DNA from: a virus | Lineage: Duplodnaviria; Caudoviricetes | DNA length: 64,000 bases | Reading direction: 5' to 3' (one strand) | Virus record (IMG/VR): IMGVR_UViG_3300029288_000079 | Span: 117,734-181,733 of that record | Shown here: positions 40,344 to 50,096 of the stretch, one piece after another | Layout of the letters: every line of letters starts with the position of its first letter | Numbering within the stretch: position 1 is the first letter of the stretch | Made by a program: the position numbers and the translations under genes | The notes under the pieces: generated by a model | The model's database searches: none | What the model saw: only the letters and a program-made list of their open reading frames with translations | Told to the model about the DNA's origin: nothing

Positions 40344-42197
40344 TTATACCCACGCCTTAGAATCTTCTATATTATCAAAGTCAATGCTAAAATCCTGTGA
40401 ATCCCTAGACTCCATATCTCCATAATCAATGCCTTGTTCATATAAATCTCTCACCTGTCTTTTACAGACACCCCTCATAATAACATCTCCAAGCACAGTC
40501 TCACTATAAGGTATATAGAATTTCCTCACCGGAGCATAATCCTTTTCATTAATATACGCACCATCATCCTTAGGATCCTCAATATCATTTTCTGTATTAT
40601 TTATATCCCAAGCCTTAGTCTGATTAGATGCAATGTCTATATTCCGTGAGTCTACAATATAAAATCCTTTATCTTCATACCCATCCCATACCACTGCAAC
40701 CAGATATTCTCCCTCTTCATTAAAATATTCAGGTCCTGGATCTACAACAGTTCCTAATGTTCCTATGGGTAAAGTACCAAAACCCCAAGTTCTACTACTC
40801 GAAGCACAATCATTTATTACAACTCTAGCACCTACAATGAAAAAATCCCTATTCTTTTCTATTGAAATATTCCAGGCTTGATGTTCATTATTTTGTATTT
40901 CCACAGGTGAGAGGTTTTTAGAATTAATCCATACTTCACTTGGTATATTTTTATTAGTATTCTCTAATTTTAAAGGAAAATTATCTGGATATACATACAT
41001 ATATTTACATATTATATAAGAAGCATTAGATGCATTAATTAATATGTAACATTTACCATTAGTTCCTTCATAATATTTTAAATTATAATCCAAAACCTTA
41101 CAATCCTTACCCGTGTATAAATCTTTCGTATTAAACTCACCAAAAATAGATTTACTCCAATGTTGTCCCGGACGAATAACCTCCCCCAACTCTTCAATTG
41201 TATTCACAACAAGACCTACTTCAGGTTCAGGTAATTCAATATCCCATCCAAATTTCTCAGCATCAGTCTGCTCATCATCTACTTTACGAATAGATTCTAC
41301 ATCTGTTGTCCATCCTAAATATTCTTTGTTACCCCAATACCAACTACATTTAGGTAAATGAAACCACTCCACTTCAACCATATCCCCATTTTCAGAAACA
41401 GACTCGACAGTACCTCTAGAACCTACATCTATCTCACCTGCATCAAGATTATCCTCTATTAAAGATTCTACAAGATCTCCAACTTTAAAATCCGGTTCAG
41501 GTAAATCCCAGGACTGCTTTATATTATCAAATGTTTTATCAGTCTTAACTAACCTCATAGGAAAGGAATCTTTAATTACTATACAATCAGACCATGCTTG
41601 ATTTACCTTTTCATCTATTGTAAATGTCCAAGCACAATTTGGAAACGTCCACGCAGCCAGATGATAATCTGACTTTACTCCTGACCCCTCAGCATCAAAA
41701 TTAGGACATATATTAAGATATATACACCCAATCCCACCACCACTCCACACCTGCCCCACTTGAGCATTACTAATGAGTTCACTAATATCCTCCACTACCG
41801 TACCTACAGTAACTTCTAATGGTATATCCCAAGAATGTTTGTCTTCTATGCTTAATTTATCATATTCTATAGAGTCCATATCCCAGTCAACATTATCATT
41901 GTTCAAATATTCTCTTACAGCAACCACTAAATTACCAGTTTCATATTTATTCCATTTAAAATTACCAGCATCCTCACAAAATTCCAACCCCGATTCATCA
42001 AAGTATTTAACAGCCTCATCAAATGTTCTACACCATATAGCCCATACACTACCCCCACTCTTACTCAAAGAAGGACTACAAGGTAGAATTAATACAGGAA
42101 CACCATATAATAATCCACCCCTTACATGATAAACTTTAGGTTCTATAAAGGGTATATCCCAAGATTGAGTTTCAGTATGTTCGGCTATCTCATTCAT
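40344..42197 (-). CDS. Six-module WDI-motif protein
   Basis: QSWDI, HSWDI, QSWDL, FGWDI, QAWNI, KAWDI. Confidence 0.75.
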   Translation of the reverse strand: MNEIAEHTETQSWDIPFIEPKVYHVRGGLLYGVPVLILPCSPSLSKSGGSVWAIWCRTFDEAVKYFDESGLEFCEDAGNFKWNKYETGNLVVAVREYLNNDNVDWDMDSIEYDKLSIEDKHSWDIPLEVTVGTVVEDISELISNAQVGQVWSGGGIGCIYLNICPNFDAEGSGVKSDYHLAAWTFPNCAWTFTIDEKVNQAWSDCIVIKDSFPMRLVKTDKTFDNIKQSWDLPEPDFKVGDLVESLIEDNLDAGEIDVGSRGTVESVSENGDMVEVEWFHLPKCSWYWGNKEYLGWTTDVESIRKVDDEQTDAEKFGWDIELPEPEVGLVVNTIEELGEVIRPGQHWSKSIFGEFNTKDLYTGKDCKVLDYNLKYYEGTNGKCYILINASNASYIICKYMYVYPDNFPLKLENTNKNIPSEVWINSKNLSPVEIQNNEHQAWNISIEKNRDFFIVGARVVINDCASSSRTWGFGTLPIGTLGTVVDPGPEYFNEEGEYLVAVVWDGYEDKGFYIVDSRNIDIASNQTKAWDINNTENDIEDPKDDGAYINEKDYAPVRKFYIPYSETVLGDVIMRGVCKRQVRDLYEQGIDYGDMESRDSQDFSIDFDNIEDSKAWV

Positions 42198-42202
42198 AAT
42201 AA

Positions 42203-45200
42203 TTAGAAGCTTATCGGAACTTCTTTCTCGCCAAGCTCACCGTTTGGATTCACTTGTGTATTAGGCTTCTGTGGAGGATTACCAAGTCCCGCACCTGGAG
42301 CCGGAGCTGCCTGGGCTTGCGGAGGAGCACCAATAGCTTCATTCAAAGCCTGCTCTTCAGGACTATCTACAAACTTAATATTAACTTCTGCAGGTTTACC
42401 ATTTGTCTTTGGAATTACAGTTGTTTGTATTTGTTGCCCCGTATCTTTATTAGAATCATACAATACATTAGCATCTGCGGGCTTTTGATTCTGTGTTGGT
42501 TGTTCATTTTGCAAGTTCTGATTCGGAGGCAATGGAGCTCCGGCACCTGTAGGTTGGTCTTTCTTACTCTCATCATTTTCCCAACCCATCGGAGGAACTG
42601 AGTCAGAAATATCAGCTGCCATACGAGACTTAGGAAGATATTGTTTAACAAAGCTACCCTTGGTCCAGATATCGGATTCACCTGATTGATTATGCTCAGA
42701 TTTTATAAAGTACTTAGCATCTAGTCCTAAGCCTTTTCCGTTACCATAATCAACATGAATATCATTCATATCACCTGCATGAAGACTTGTTACCATTCCT
42801 GTTTTACCTAAAAATTCTCTGACATTATTATTCAAAAGATCATTAGGAGTACTTGCAGCCTCTTCAATAGTATCAGGATTCAATGTTACTTTATCCCCTA
42901 TTTTGAATTTGCTGAATCTATCACCATAATTCTCCTGAATCATATCTCTATCGCTGTGAGCATTAGGATCTACATCAAAAGCTTTATGTTTATTCACTTG
43001 TATAGCCCTTTCTTGTGCATTAGCTTCTTCTTTTGTATCATGCTTATATGTTTTACCATGACATTTAACATCATATTTACCATCCTCTTTAACTACTTTA
43101 GCTTCTGCCATCAAAGCAGCTACTACTTCTTGATTACGTTCCATATGTGCCTCACTTCTTTTATTATTAAATTGCATTTTTAAATATTCTATCAAATACT
43201 TTGCATATGACTTTAAAACATCTTGACCCTTAAATTTGAATACACCACCATCAGGACAATCATTATAAAGTCTTTCTAACTCTTTCAAATCTTCTCTTGT
43301 AACACTTATTGTATTATCTTTCTCTTCGATATCCCAAGATAGCGTTGTGTTTTCATCAAATATTTTTAGATCAGAATCCATATTATCACCACGTCTTACC
43401 CATGTCATCCCATAATCAAGACCATTTTTAACTCTAAAATCTACTTCCTTTCTTAAAGCATCCACATAATGATCATAGGCCACATTATCTACCAATCTTA
43501 TTTTGTTATTCTTATCACGATAAACAACATAATATTTATCATTCTGAATACTACCTTTCTTTAAACTAGACTCAAGCAATAAATCATTATTATCTTCAAT
43601 AAAATCATCATCGTCATTTGAGTCTGACAAACAAATACCGCATACTGGATTTCCATTATAATACCCATGTGGCTTACTATAATATCTTTTTCCACACTTA
43701 GAACACACAAATGATATTCCCTCAGAAGCACATGGCAGTCTTGAATAATCATTAGGTATAATTTCCTCATTTTTATGTTTGTCCTTCATCATACGGTGGT
43801 AATCATAAAAATGAATATCCTTATCCCAACTAAGCGTAGTATTATTTTCCTCTGGCTGATTATCAACCATCTCTTGGATTTTTTGCTTAGCTGCAAGATC
43901 TCCGGACAATACACCTTTCATTAATGAATTAAATTGCTCTGCCGGAAGCTTAACTATCTGCTCGAATATCATAGCTCTCTTACGAGGGTCTGCAATATTC
44001 ATTGCCTGTAATAGCTTATCCCAATAATCTTGCCCAAATCTAATATCCCAACGTTCATTCTTTAAATCTTCTGTCTCCTTAAATACATGAGGAGTAATAT
44101 CTTCATCAGGCAATCCAAGCGAAGCCACGAGTTCCATAGCACCTTTAACCATCTCGGCCAGCAAGACTACAAAGTTTGTAGCTGTAGCATGGATGCAAGG
44201 CTTCTTTTCTTCGCCCTCTTCACCATCCATAGAGAACGATGTAGATCCACCTATCTGTGGTGTCTCTGCTGGATCTCCTTTAACCCAATATCTATACTGA
44301 GTCAAAGGAATATATTGTTTATACAATTGTGTCAACTGAGGAGATATCTGATTCAATTCTTGTTGAGCAAAGAAAAACATATTCTTCGCCTTTTGTGCAG
44401 CTCCTTGAGATAGACTATTTATAATTCTACGCTTGTCTACTTCCCTCTTAATATCTTCTTCATCAAACTGCCTAATCTGAAATCCACCCAGATCCTGTGA
44501 AGGAATCTGTGGAGGCTCAGTCTTATTCTCTATTTGGAATTGATCTGGATCTATATCTTCTCGTTTACCTAACTTAATATCCCAATCAACCTCCCCATGT
44601 TGAATACCCATCTGCTCTTCAACTATCTTTATAGCTAACTGCTCCAACTGTTGAGCTCGAGGTTGTTCTATTGCCTGGATCTGCTTTCTTAAATTCTTAA
44701 CATTATGATATGCTTCGTCGGCACTGGTACCTGATGTATTTCTAACTTGTTCTACATTCTTATTAAATGTATTTGAAGCATTCTGTTCTACATATCCTTC
44801 AGGTAAGGAAGCATTACCATGATGCAAAGATTGACCTGTGTTGATCTTCTCCTCAATTTCAGGATGCATTCTCTCTTCTCGTTCAGGGTTGTATTGAACT
44901 GCTGCAAATCTCAAACTACTAGTAGTTTCTTGTGTATATTCCCATATATCATTTTCTGCTTTAGCTAGTAAACTATCAAAATCTATATTCTTATTAACCT
45001 GTTCAGCAGCTCTTTTAGCATATTTTATAGCACTAGCAGCAGCATCATTAGCAGCATAACCAGCATAACCAGCATCATAAGCAGTAGCATAATAAGCAGC
45101 ACGAGCAGCATCAGCAGCAGCAGCAGCAGCAGTAGCAGCAGTAGCAGCATAACCAGCAGAATAAGCTTTATCTCTATTTTCTTTACTAGGATTCTTAAGA

Positions 45201-45661
45201 CAAGTTTTTGCTGCCTCTATTGCTGCCCTAGGTCTGCTATCATTAGGATATTTAGATTCAAATATAGGTAGTACAGCTTCCACACAGTATATAGCATAAA
45301 GTAAATTTACTTTTTTAGGATCTACTTCTATAGGTTTAATGTCCCAGGAGAGGTTTTCACCATCATCTAAATTACTAATTTCCTCAATCTCCTTATCAGA
45401 TAATTCTATATAAGAATCTTTATCTTCTAACCCTACTATAGGATCTTTGGTAATCATTGTACCCCAAAAGTTAACATATACATACCGTTCAAGGGTAATA
45501 GGTACACTCCAATTTTCATCATCGGATCTAAACTCATAATAATATAAGTTTTTATCACGATCACGAACTCTATCTTCTATAATTTTAACATCCCTACCCC
45601 TAAATTTAAAATTACTATCAAATTTAAGCTCAGGTATATCCCATGATAATGCGATTTTCAT
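42203..45661 (-). CDS. Modular WDI-motif protein with N-terminal LPD28-like domain and cassette copy D
   Basis: YYYEFRSDD...P.TLE..V.VNF.GT.IT..PI; embedded cassette; further LSWD junctions. Confidence 0.7.
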   Translation of the reverse strand: MKIALSWDIPELKFDSNFKFRGRDVKIIEDRVRDRDKNLYYYEFRSDDENWSVPITLERYVYVNFWGTMITKDPIVGLEDKDSYIELSDKEIEEISNLDDGENLSWDIKPIEVDPKKVNLLYAIYCVEAVLPIFESKYPNDSRPRAAIEAAKTCLKNPSKENRDKAYSAGYAATAATAAAAAADAARAAYYATAYDAGYAGYAANDAAASAIKYAKRAAEQVNKNIDFDSLLAKAENDIWEYTQETTSSLRFAAVQYNPEREERMHPEIEEKINTGQSLHHGNASLPEGYVEQNASNTFNKNVEQVRNTSGTSADEAYHNVKNLRKQIQAIEQPRAQQLEQLAIKIVEEQMGIQHGEVDWDIKLGKREDIDPDQFQIENKTEPPQIPSQDLGGFQIRQFDEEDIKREVDKRRIINSLSQGAAQKAKNMFFFAQQELNQISPQLTQLYKQYIPLTQYRYWVKGDPAETPQIGGSTSFSMDGEEGEEKKPCIHATATNFVVLLAEMVKGAMELVASLGLPDEDITPHVFKETEDLKNERWDIRFGQDYWDKLLQAMNIADPRKRAMIFEQIVKLPAEQFNSLMKGVLSGDLAAKQKIQEMVDNQPEENNTTLSWDKDIHFYDYHRMMKDKHKNEEIIPNDYSRLPCASEGISFVCSKCGKRYYSKPHGYYNGNPVCGICLSDSNDDDDFIEDNNDLLLESSLKKGSIQNDKYYVVYRDKNNKIRLVDNVAYDHYVDALRKEVDFRVKNGLDYGMTWVRRGDNMDSDLKIFDENTTLSWDIEEKDNTISVTREDLKELERLYNDCPDGGVFKFKGQDVLKSYAKYLIEYLKMQFNNKRSEAHMERNQEVVAALMAEAKVVKEDGKYDVKCHGKTYKHDTKEEANAQERAIQVNKHKAFDVDPNAHSDRDMIQENYGDRFSKFKIGDKVTLNPDTIEEAASTPNDLLNNNVREFLGKTGMVTSLHAGDMNDIHVDYGNGKGLGLDAKYFIKSEHNQSGESDIWTKGSFVKQYLPKSRMAADISDSVPPMGWENDESKKDQPTGAGAPLPPNQNLQNEQPTQNQKPADANVLYDSNKDTGQQIQTTVIPKTNGKPAEVNIKFVDSPEEQALNEAIGAPPQAQAAPAPGAGLGNPPQKPNTQVNPNGELGEKEVPISF
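44906..45352 (-). repeat. Cassette copy D
   Basis: Near-identical DNA to copies A-C, 32 kb away. Confidence 0.95.
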
Positions 45662-48118
45662 TTATACTTTCCCTATAGCTTTAGGTCCTGGTAAATACTC
45701 GGGAGCTCTTTGTGGACCTCTGAAAGGACTTCTATTAGGTTCTACCGGAGTTATTTTCTCTGGTGTTTCTACATCAGGATCCACTTTCGTAGGAACCTCA
45801 ACATCAGGTTCAGCCTCTGTACCAAAGTTTAAAGCTTCAACCTTCTTCAGTTTCTTATAATAATCTCTATCCTCAGCTAAGTGATCAATAGCTATTTGCC
45901 TTGCAACTTTGTCATCAGTAGTATGTTCTTTCTCTATGATAACACCCTCATTGATCATAGCTTCAGTTATACCCTCAATAGAAGTCTCTGTTGAAACCAT
46001 ATCGGCTATGCTTTGAGTTGTGGCCATAATATTTATATCACTCTTCTGATCTACACTATGATATTTACAGCCACACTTCGGACACATATCATTAAGATCA
46101 TCTTTCCATTCAATTAGCTTCTTACATCCTGGACAAGGATGTGTATTGATTATATCAGCTGCTAATTGTTCCACAGGAGCTTTTGTTCTTTGTACAAACT
46201 CAGCCTCTGTCATACATTCACCATCTATGAAATACTTTACAGAACCATCCGGAGACACTACTGCTGGACCTTTATCATTATGGAATTTGCCATGTTTAAA
46301 ATACTGCTGGCTTCCATCGTAACCTACAAATGCAGGACCTTCACTATTATGATATTCACCCTTATTATCATAATAATGCTGATTACCCTTAAAATCCACG
46401 CGGCTCCTATGAAAAGGAAGATCAACACCCTCATCAGCTGCAAGAACGGCTATGATATCATCATTATCAGCATAACTAACTTCCTTGTAACCCGCTACTC
46501 GAGCTTCTACACCAGTGTCGGGACGTAAAAATGTATCACCTACCTGAAGTCTTTTCTTCCAAGATAATGTAACTTTCTGACCATCTTCATTGATAAAACT
46601 ATATGCATCTTCGTCATCCTCAAGAAGATCTTCTACATCAGGAATGACAACACTTTTTGGTAATTTATCTTTTATACCCCTCTCACTTATAGGTATATTA
46701 TCATCAAGTGCTTCCTCATCCCTCTTTACAGATTCAGGCCATTCTTTGGTTTTGAACCTGCTTATATCTAGTTCATGAGGAAGTACTGGTTTTGGATAGC
46801 TACCTTTATCTCTGTGTTTAATAATTCTATTATCAATCCTACCTTCACCACTCATATAATCTGTAGCAACTTTCTCAAGAGTGATCATTATATTCTGTTT
46901 CCCACCTCGAGTATAGTTTTGAACACTAGACATAGGAGCTAAACCACCCATACCCCCAGAATTAGGTGCTGGCACCTGTGGGACCTCTGGGACAGGAGCC
47001 TGTGCCTTTGGTCCCCCTTCGGGTTCTTTAGCTTCCTCTTTTGGTGCTTCTTCTTTTGGAGCTTCTGCAGGTTTCTCATTCCCGCCCCCAACATTATTCT
47101 TGTAAAAATCTAATCCCTTTGCAGGATCCGTAAATTCAATTGTGACCTTGGCTGTACCACCCGCACCTGTCTCATCCATTGTAATATTTTTTGATTTAAT
47201 ACCCTGAGCAATAGGAATATCTTTTGGATCAGGAATTTTATCAGCTGCAGTTTTATTTAATGATGCTATTGTTATGCGATTATTTTCTGGAAGGTCAACT
47301 AAAATAACTTGTCCTGATAAAGAAGAAGCTTTGCATGCATCATCGTTATAAAAATGTATTATAGGATCATTCTCAATACTAGACAATATTTCTTTAATCT
47401 CTACAGGATCGGTAATATGATCTTCACTTCCTTCCATTGTAATATATTTTATGGTCCAAGGATCTGCATACTTATGTCTATAACCTCTATTTTCTTTTGT
47501 CCTTAAGTCAGCATCCTTACTTAAACTTGCAACTGAATATTTACTTGCAACTGTAACCCTACCTCCACCAGTAACATCAAATGTCTGTCCACTTATTGCA
47601 CCCGCCATTGTGGAACTACCATCATCAAACTCAACGATAGTATCTTTAAAATCTCCACTCTCAAGCATACTAGTTATATCAAATGGATCGGTAACAGTTG
47701 GAGCATCAGTAGCACTATCTACATGCAATCTAACAATGACTTTACCCACACCTAGACCTGCGTCATCTAGCTCAGCAGTCTTTATTAATACTTCGTTGGC
47801 CACCTTCAAAGCAATATCATCGTCACTATCCTGATAAGATACTAACCATTTCTCTTGCTGATGCGTCTCTGGGTTTTCAAACTCTTTAACTGCCCAAACC
47901 CCACCAATCTTCTGCATTGTTGAAGCCTCTCGATAAAGTCCCCTCCCCAAGGACTCAAATCGATTAGAGGCTATAGCTGAATCTAATTTAATATGTTGTT
48001 CATCCTCTTGTAATTCCGATACTTTTACTTTGGGTTTTTTTATATCCCTGCGGATATTTGCTAGAATCTTTTGCATTGAATCCGACATAGCATAGATACT
48101 ACGACTCGGTATAGGCAT
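45662..48118 (-). CDS. Modular protein with H-x3-GPA repeats, Zn ribbon and DUF5661-like domain
   Basis: YHNSEGPA/FHNDKGPA; EGVIIEKEHTTD..VARQIAIDHL.ED.DYYKKL. Confidence 0.7.
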   Translation of the reverse strand: MPIPSRSIYAMSDSMQKILANIRRDIKKPKVKVSELQEDEQHIKLDSAIASNRFESLGRGLYREASTMQKIGGVWAVKEFENPETHQQEKWLVSYQDSDDDIALKVANEVLIKTAELDDAGLGVGKVIVRLHVDSATDAPTVTDPFDITSMLESGDFKDTIVEFDDGSSTMAGAISGQTFDVTGGGRVTVASKYSVASLSKDADLRTKENRGYRHKYADPWTIKYITMEGSEDHITDPVEIKEILSSIENDPIIHFYNDDACKASSLSGQVILVDLPENNRITIASLNKTAADKIPDPKDIPIAQGIKSKNITMDETGAGGTAKVTIEFTDPAKGLDFYKNNVGGGNEKPAEAPKEEAPKEEAKEPEGGPKAQAPVPEVPQVPAPNSGGMGGLAPMSSVQNYTRGGKQNIMITLEKVATDYMSGEGRIDNRIIKHRDKGSYPKPVLPHELDISRFKTKEWPESVKRDEEALDDNIPISERGIKDKLPKSVVIPDVEDLLEDDEDAYSFINEDGQKVTLSWKKRLQVGDTFLRPDTGVEARVAGYKEVSYADNDDIIAVLAADEGVDLPFHRSRVDFKGNQHYYDNKGEYHNSEGPAFVGYDGSQQYFKHGKFHNDKGPAVVSPDGSVKYFIDGECMTEAEFVQRTKAPVEQLAADIINTHPCPGCKKLIEWKDDLNDMCPKCGCKYHSVDQKSDINIMATTQSIADMVSTETSIEGITEAMINEGVIIEKEHTTDDKVARQIAIDHLAEDRDYYKKLKKVEALNFGTEAEPDVEVPTKVDPDVETPEKITPVEPNRSPFRGPQRAPEYLPGPKAIGKV

Positions 48119-48155
48119 TATTTTATTCCTTATTAAATATTATTATTGTTTAATT

Positions 48156-48545
48156 TCAAAGTATTATAATTCGATTACTATATTCTGGATATGTCTTGGT
48201 AAAATATTCATAGGCTACTTGATCCGCTCGTTCTTGAGATGTAGTGTATACTTTAACTGTACCTATATTTGAATCAAAAGACTCCAACAGATCTATAAAC
48301 CCATCTTTTCTAAGGATTAGATCTACCTTATCTCTTTTTAAAAAAGCCTCACATAAATAATAGTTCATAGTCCCAATTTTCTTACAAACAAATCTAGAAA
48401 CCCAACCTACCAACCACTTTTTACGAAATAATTTTAGTGTGGTTTCATCTTCTATTGTTACAACTTTACATCCGTCACTGCTCTGCAGACTTTTCATTTT
48501 CAATATCCCCCATACTAAGTTTATAGCATTCCGGACACAGATCAT
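48156..48545 (-). CDS. Hypothetical protein
   Basis: ORF track; start uncertain. Confidence 0.5.
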   Translation of the reverse strand: MICVRNAINLVWGILKMKSLQSSDGCKVVTIEDETTLKLFRKKWLVGWVSRFVCKKIGTMNYYLCEAFLKRDKVDLILRKDGFIDLLESFDSNIGTVKVYTTSQERADQVAYEYFTKTYPEYSNRIIIL

Positions 48546-48782
48546 CCTTCAATATGTTTATCAGAAATAATTTCTTACAGGAAATGCAATGCTTTTGCTC
48601 AGCTTGCTCGGGATTCAGATCGATGCTCATGGTTTTAACTAGCATATAACCTCCATTCACAGTATATATAGCATCCTGCGTGAAAAAAGCAAGTTTAAAA
48701 TATAAAAATAGTAAAGGAGTGTATAAGTAGATCAATGTTTTTGAAGCATTTTACAGCAGGTCTAATTATTGAAGAACTACAC

Positions 48783-48812
48783 AAAAAAGCCCTAGGCTTT
48801 TGACCTAAGGCT
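48783..48812 (-). terminator. Rho-independent terminator closing the RAMP/array operon
   Basis: AGCCTTAGG-TCAAAAG-CCTAGGGCT then T-run on the minus strand. Confidence 0.8.
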
Positions 48813-48818
48813 CATTTT

Positions 48819-48980
48819 AAATCTTATCATATCAAACCTAACCTTACCTAAACGAACCACACCCAACCGTAACCTAGACACTACCTAGACACTACCTAGA
48901 CACTACCTAGACACTACCTAGACACTAGTTAACTTACTGCGAACTTACTCCGAACTTACTCCGAACTTACTCCGAACATG
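48819..48980 (-). ncRNA. GGT-NN array 4 (11 pentamers) preceded by two 11-bp tandem repeat tracts
   Basis: Minus strand GTTAC GGTTG GGTGT GGTTC GTTTA GGTAA GGTTA GGTTT GATAT GATAA GATTT; shared leader TTAAAATTAACATG. Confidence 0.65.
48872..48974. repeat. Tandem 11-mers: 5x ACCTAGACACT and 4x AACTTACT(G/C)CG
   Basis: Counted directly at 48872-48926 and 48931-48974. Confidence 0.95.
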
Positions 48981-49006
48981 TTAATTTTAAATAATTCACA
49001 GTTTCA

Positions 49007-49085
49007 TATAAAAACAACCCTTGACTTATCGTATCTTATCCCACCTAACCCAACCACACCAAACCTAACCACACCAAACCGTATT
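49007..49085 (-). ncRNA. GGT-NN array 3 with conserved tail GGGTTGTTTTTATA
   Basis: AATAC GGTTT GGTGT GGTTA GGTTT GGTGT GGTTG GGTTA GGTGG GATAA GATAC GATAA GTCAA then tail. Confidence 0.75.
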
Positions 49086-49087
49086 AG

Positions 49088-49990
49088 TTATACATACTTT
49101 GATCTAGGAGCTTTCAATTTATTGCTTACTTTTATACCTGGCATTGAAGACATACACTCAGTATCAATAATCTCCCTGACCCTCCTCACCTGAGATACTC
49201 TCATCCTTGCTGCCTTGGCTATAAGTTTTGTCTCCTCCTCATAACTCTTTTGAATTATCTCTTTAGTAATACCTTCGTAACCACCCATTTTCTGTTCTAT
49301 TTCTTGAGGTATAGGAAATATTACAGGAGAAGGTAATATCAGTTTACTATCAATATTAATATTCAATGCTCCTATAGATACAGCATTACCCAGTCTCATA
49401 AAAGGAGTAGGATATTGAAAACAGGGGGTATGAATAATCTGTATAGCCCCATCATCTGTATGTTCATATCTATGCAGATGTGCTCCCACTAGCATAGCTA
49501 TTTTAGATTGACCATGAAAATATCTCTGATGTATTATTTTACGCTCTGTTACAGGATTCTTTGATGAATGATGAAAATAAATTGTACCTGCTGGAGTATT
49601 CAATAAATAATAACTCCTATTATGTTCTCCATGAAGCTTCTCCGTTACTTGTAGATCCCCATCAAATCCGGTGCCTTTACCATAATGATACCCAGATCCC
49701 GTTACTCCTATCACCTTTATCTTTTTTGTATAAAGCAAGGGTTGCAAAAGTTGTACTGCATAACTTACTTGATTATCAACATTTGTTTCCCACTTATCCG
49801 TAGAGTCCTTGCTTCCATAACCGTCTATAATGTCTCCTACTAGAGCAAGATAATCGATGTCCATATTCTTCTGTATCATCTCTTCGAATTTATCTATCAC
49901 CCACTTTTGATATTCATTTTGTAGTTTCTGTCTTGGAGCTATTCCATACAGAGATCCTACATGCATATCACCTATCACTAGTATTTTCAT
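49088..49990 (-). CDS. Calcineurin-like metallophosphoesterase
   Basis: GDMHVG, GDIIDG, GSGYH, FHH, GAHLH. Confidence 0.8.
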   Translation of the reverse strand: MKILVIGDMHVGSLYGIAPRQKLQNEYQKWVIDKFEEMIQKNMDIDYLALVGDIIDGYGSKDSTDKWETNVDNQVSYAVQLLQPLLYTKKIKVIGVTGSGYHYGKGTGFDGDLQVTEKLHGEHNRSYYLLNTPAGTIYFHHSSKNPVTERKIIHQRYFHGQSKIAMLVGAHLHRYEHTDDGAIQIIHTPCFQYPTPFMRLGNAVSIGALNINIDSKLILPSPVIFPIPQEIEQKMGGYEGITKEIIQKSYEEETKLIAKAARMRVSQVRRVREIIDTECMSSMPGIKVSNKLKAPRSKYV

Positions 49991-50003
49991 TTTATTTTTC
50001 CTT

Positions 50004-50072
50004 TATAAAAACAACCCTTGACTTATCGTGTCTTACCTCATCCCACCAGACCACACCCGACCTGACCATGTT
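50004..50072 (-). ncRNA. GGT-NN array 2 with conserved tail
   Basis: AACAT GGTCA GGTCG GGTGT GGTCT GGTGG GATGA GGTAA GACAC GATAA GTCAA then GGGTTGTTTTTATA. Confidence 0.75.
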
Positions 50073-50096
50073 AATTTAAAATATTCCATAATTTCA

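Noticed and set aside
4853-45352. Cassette copies as DGR template/variable repeats or IS elements
   Set aside because: Differences include indels and non-adenine changes; no RT, transposase, terminal inverted repeats or target duplications seen
48978-49193. Plus-strand 71-aa ORF with PNPTT repeats
   Set aside because: Antisense shadow of array 3 and the phosphoesterase 3' end
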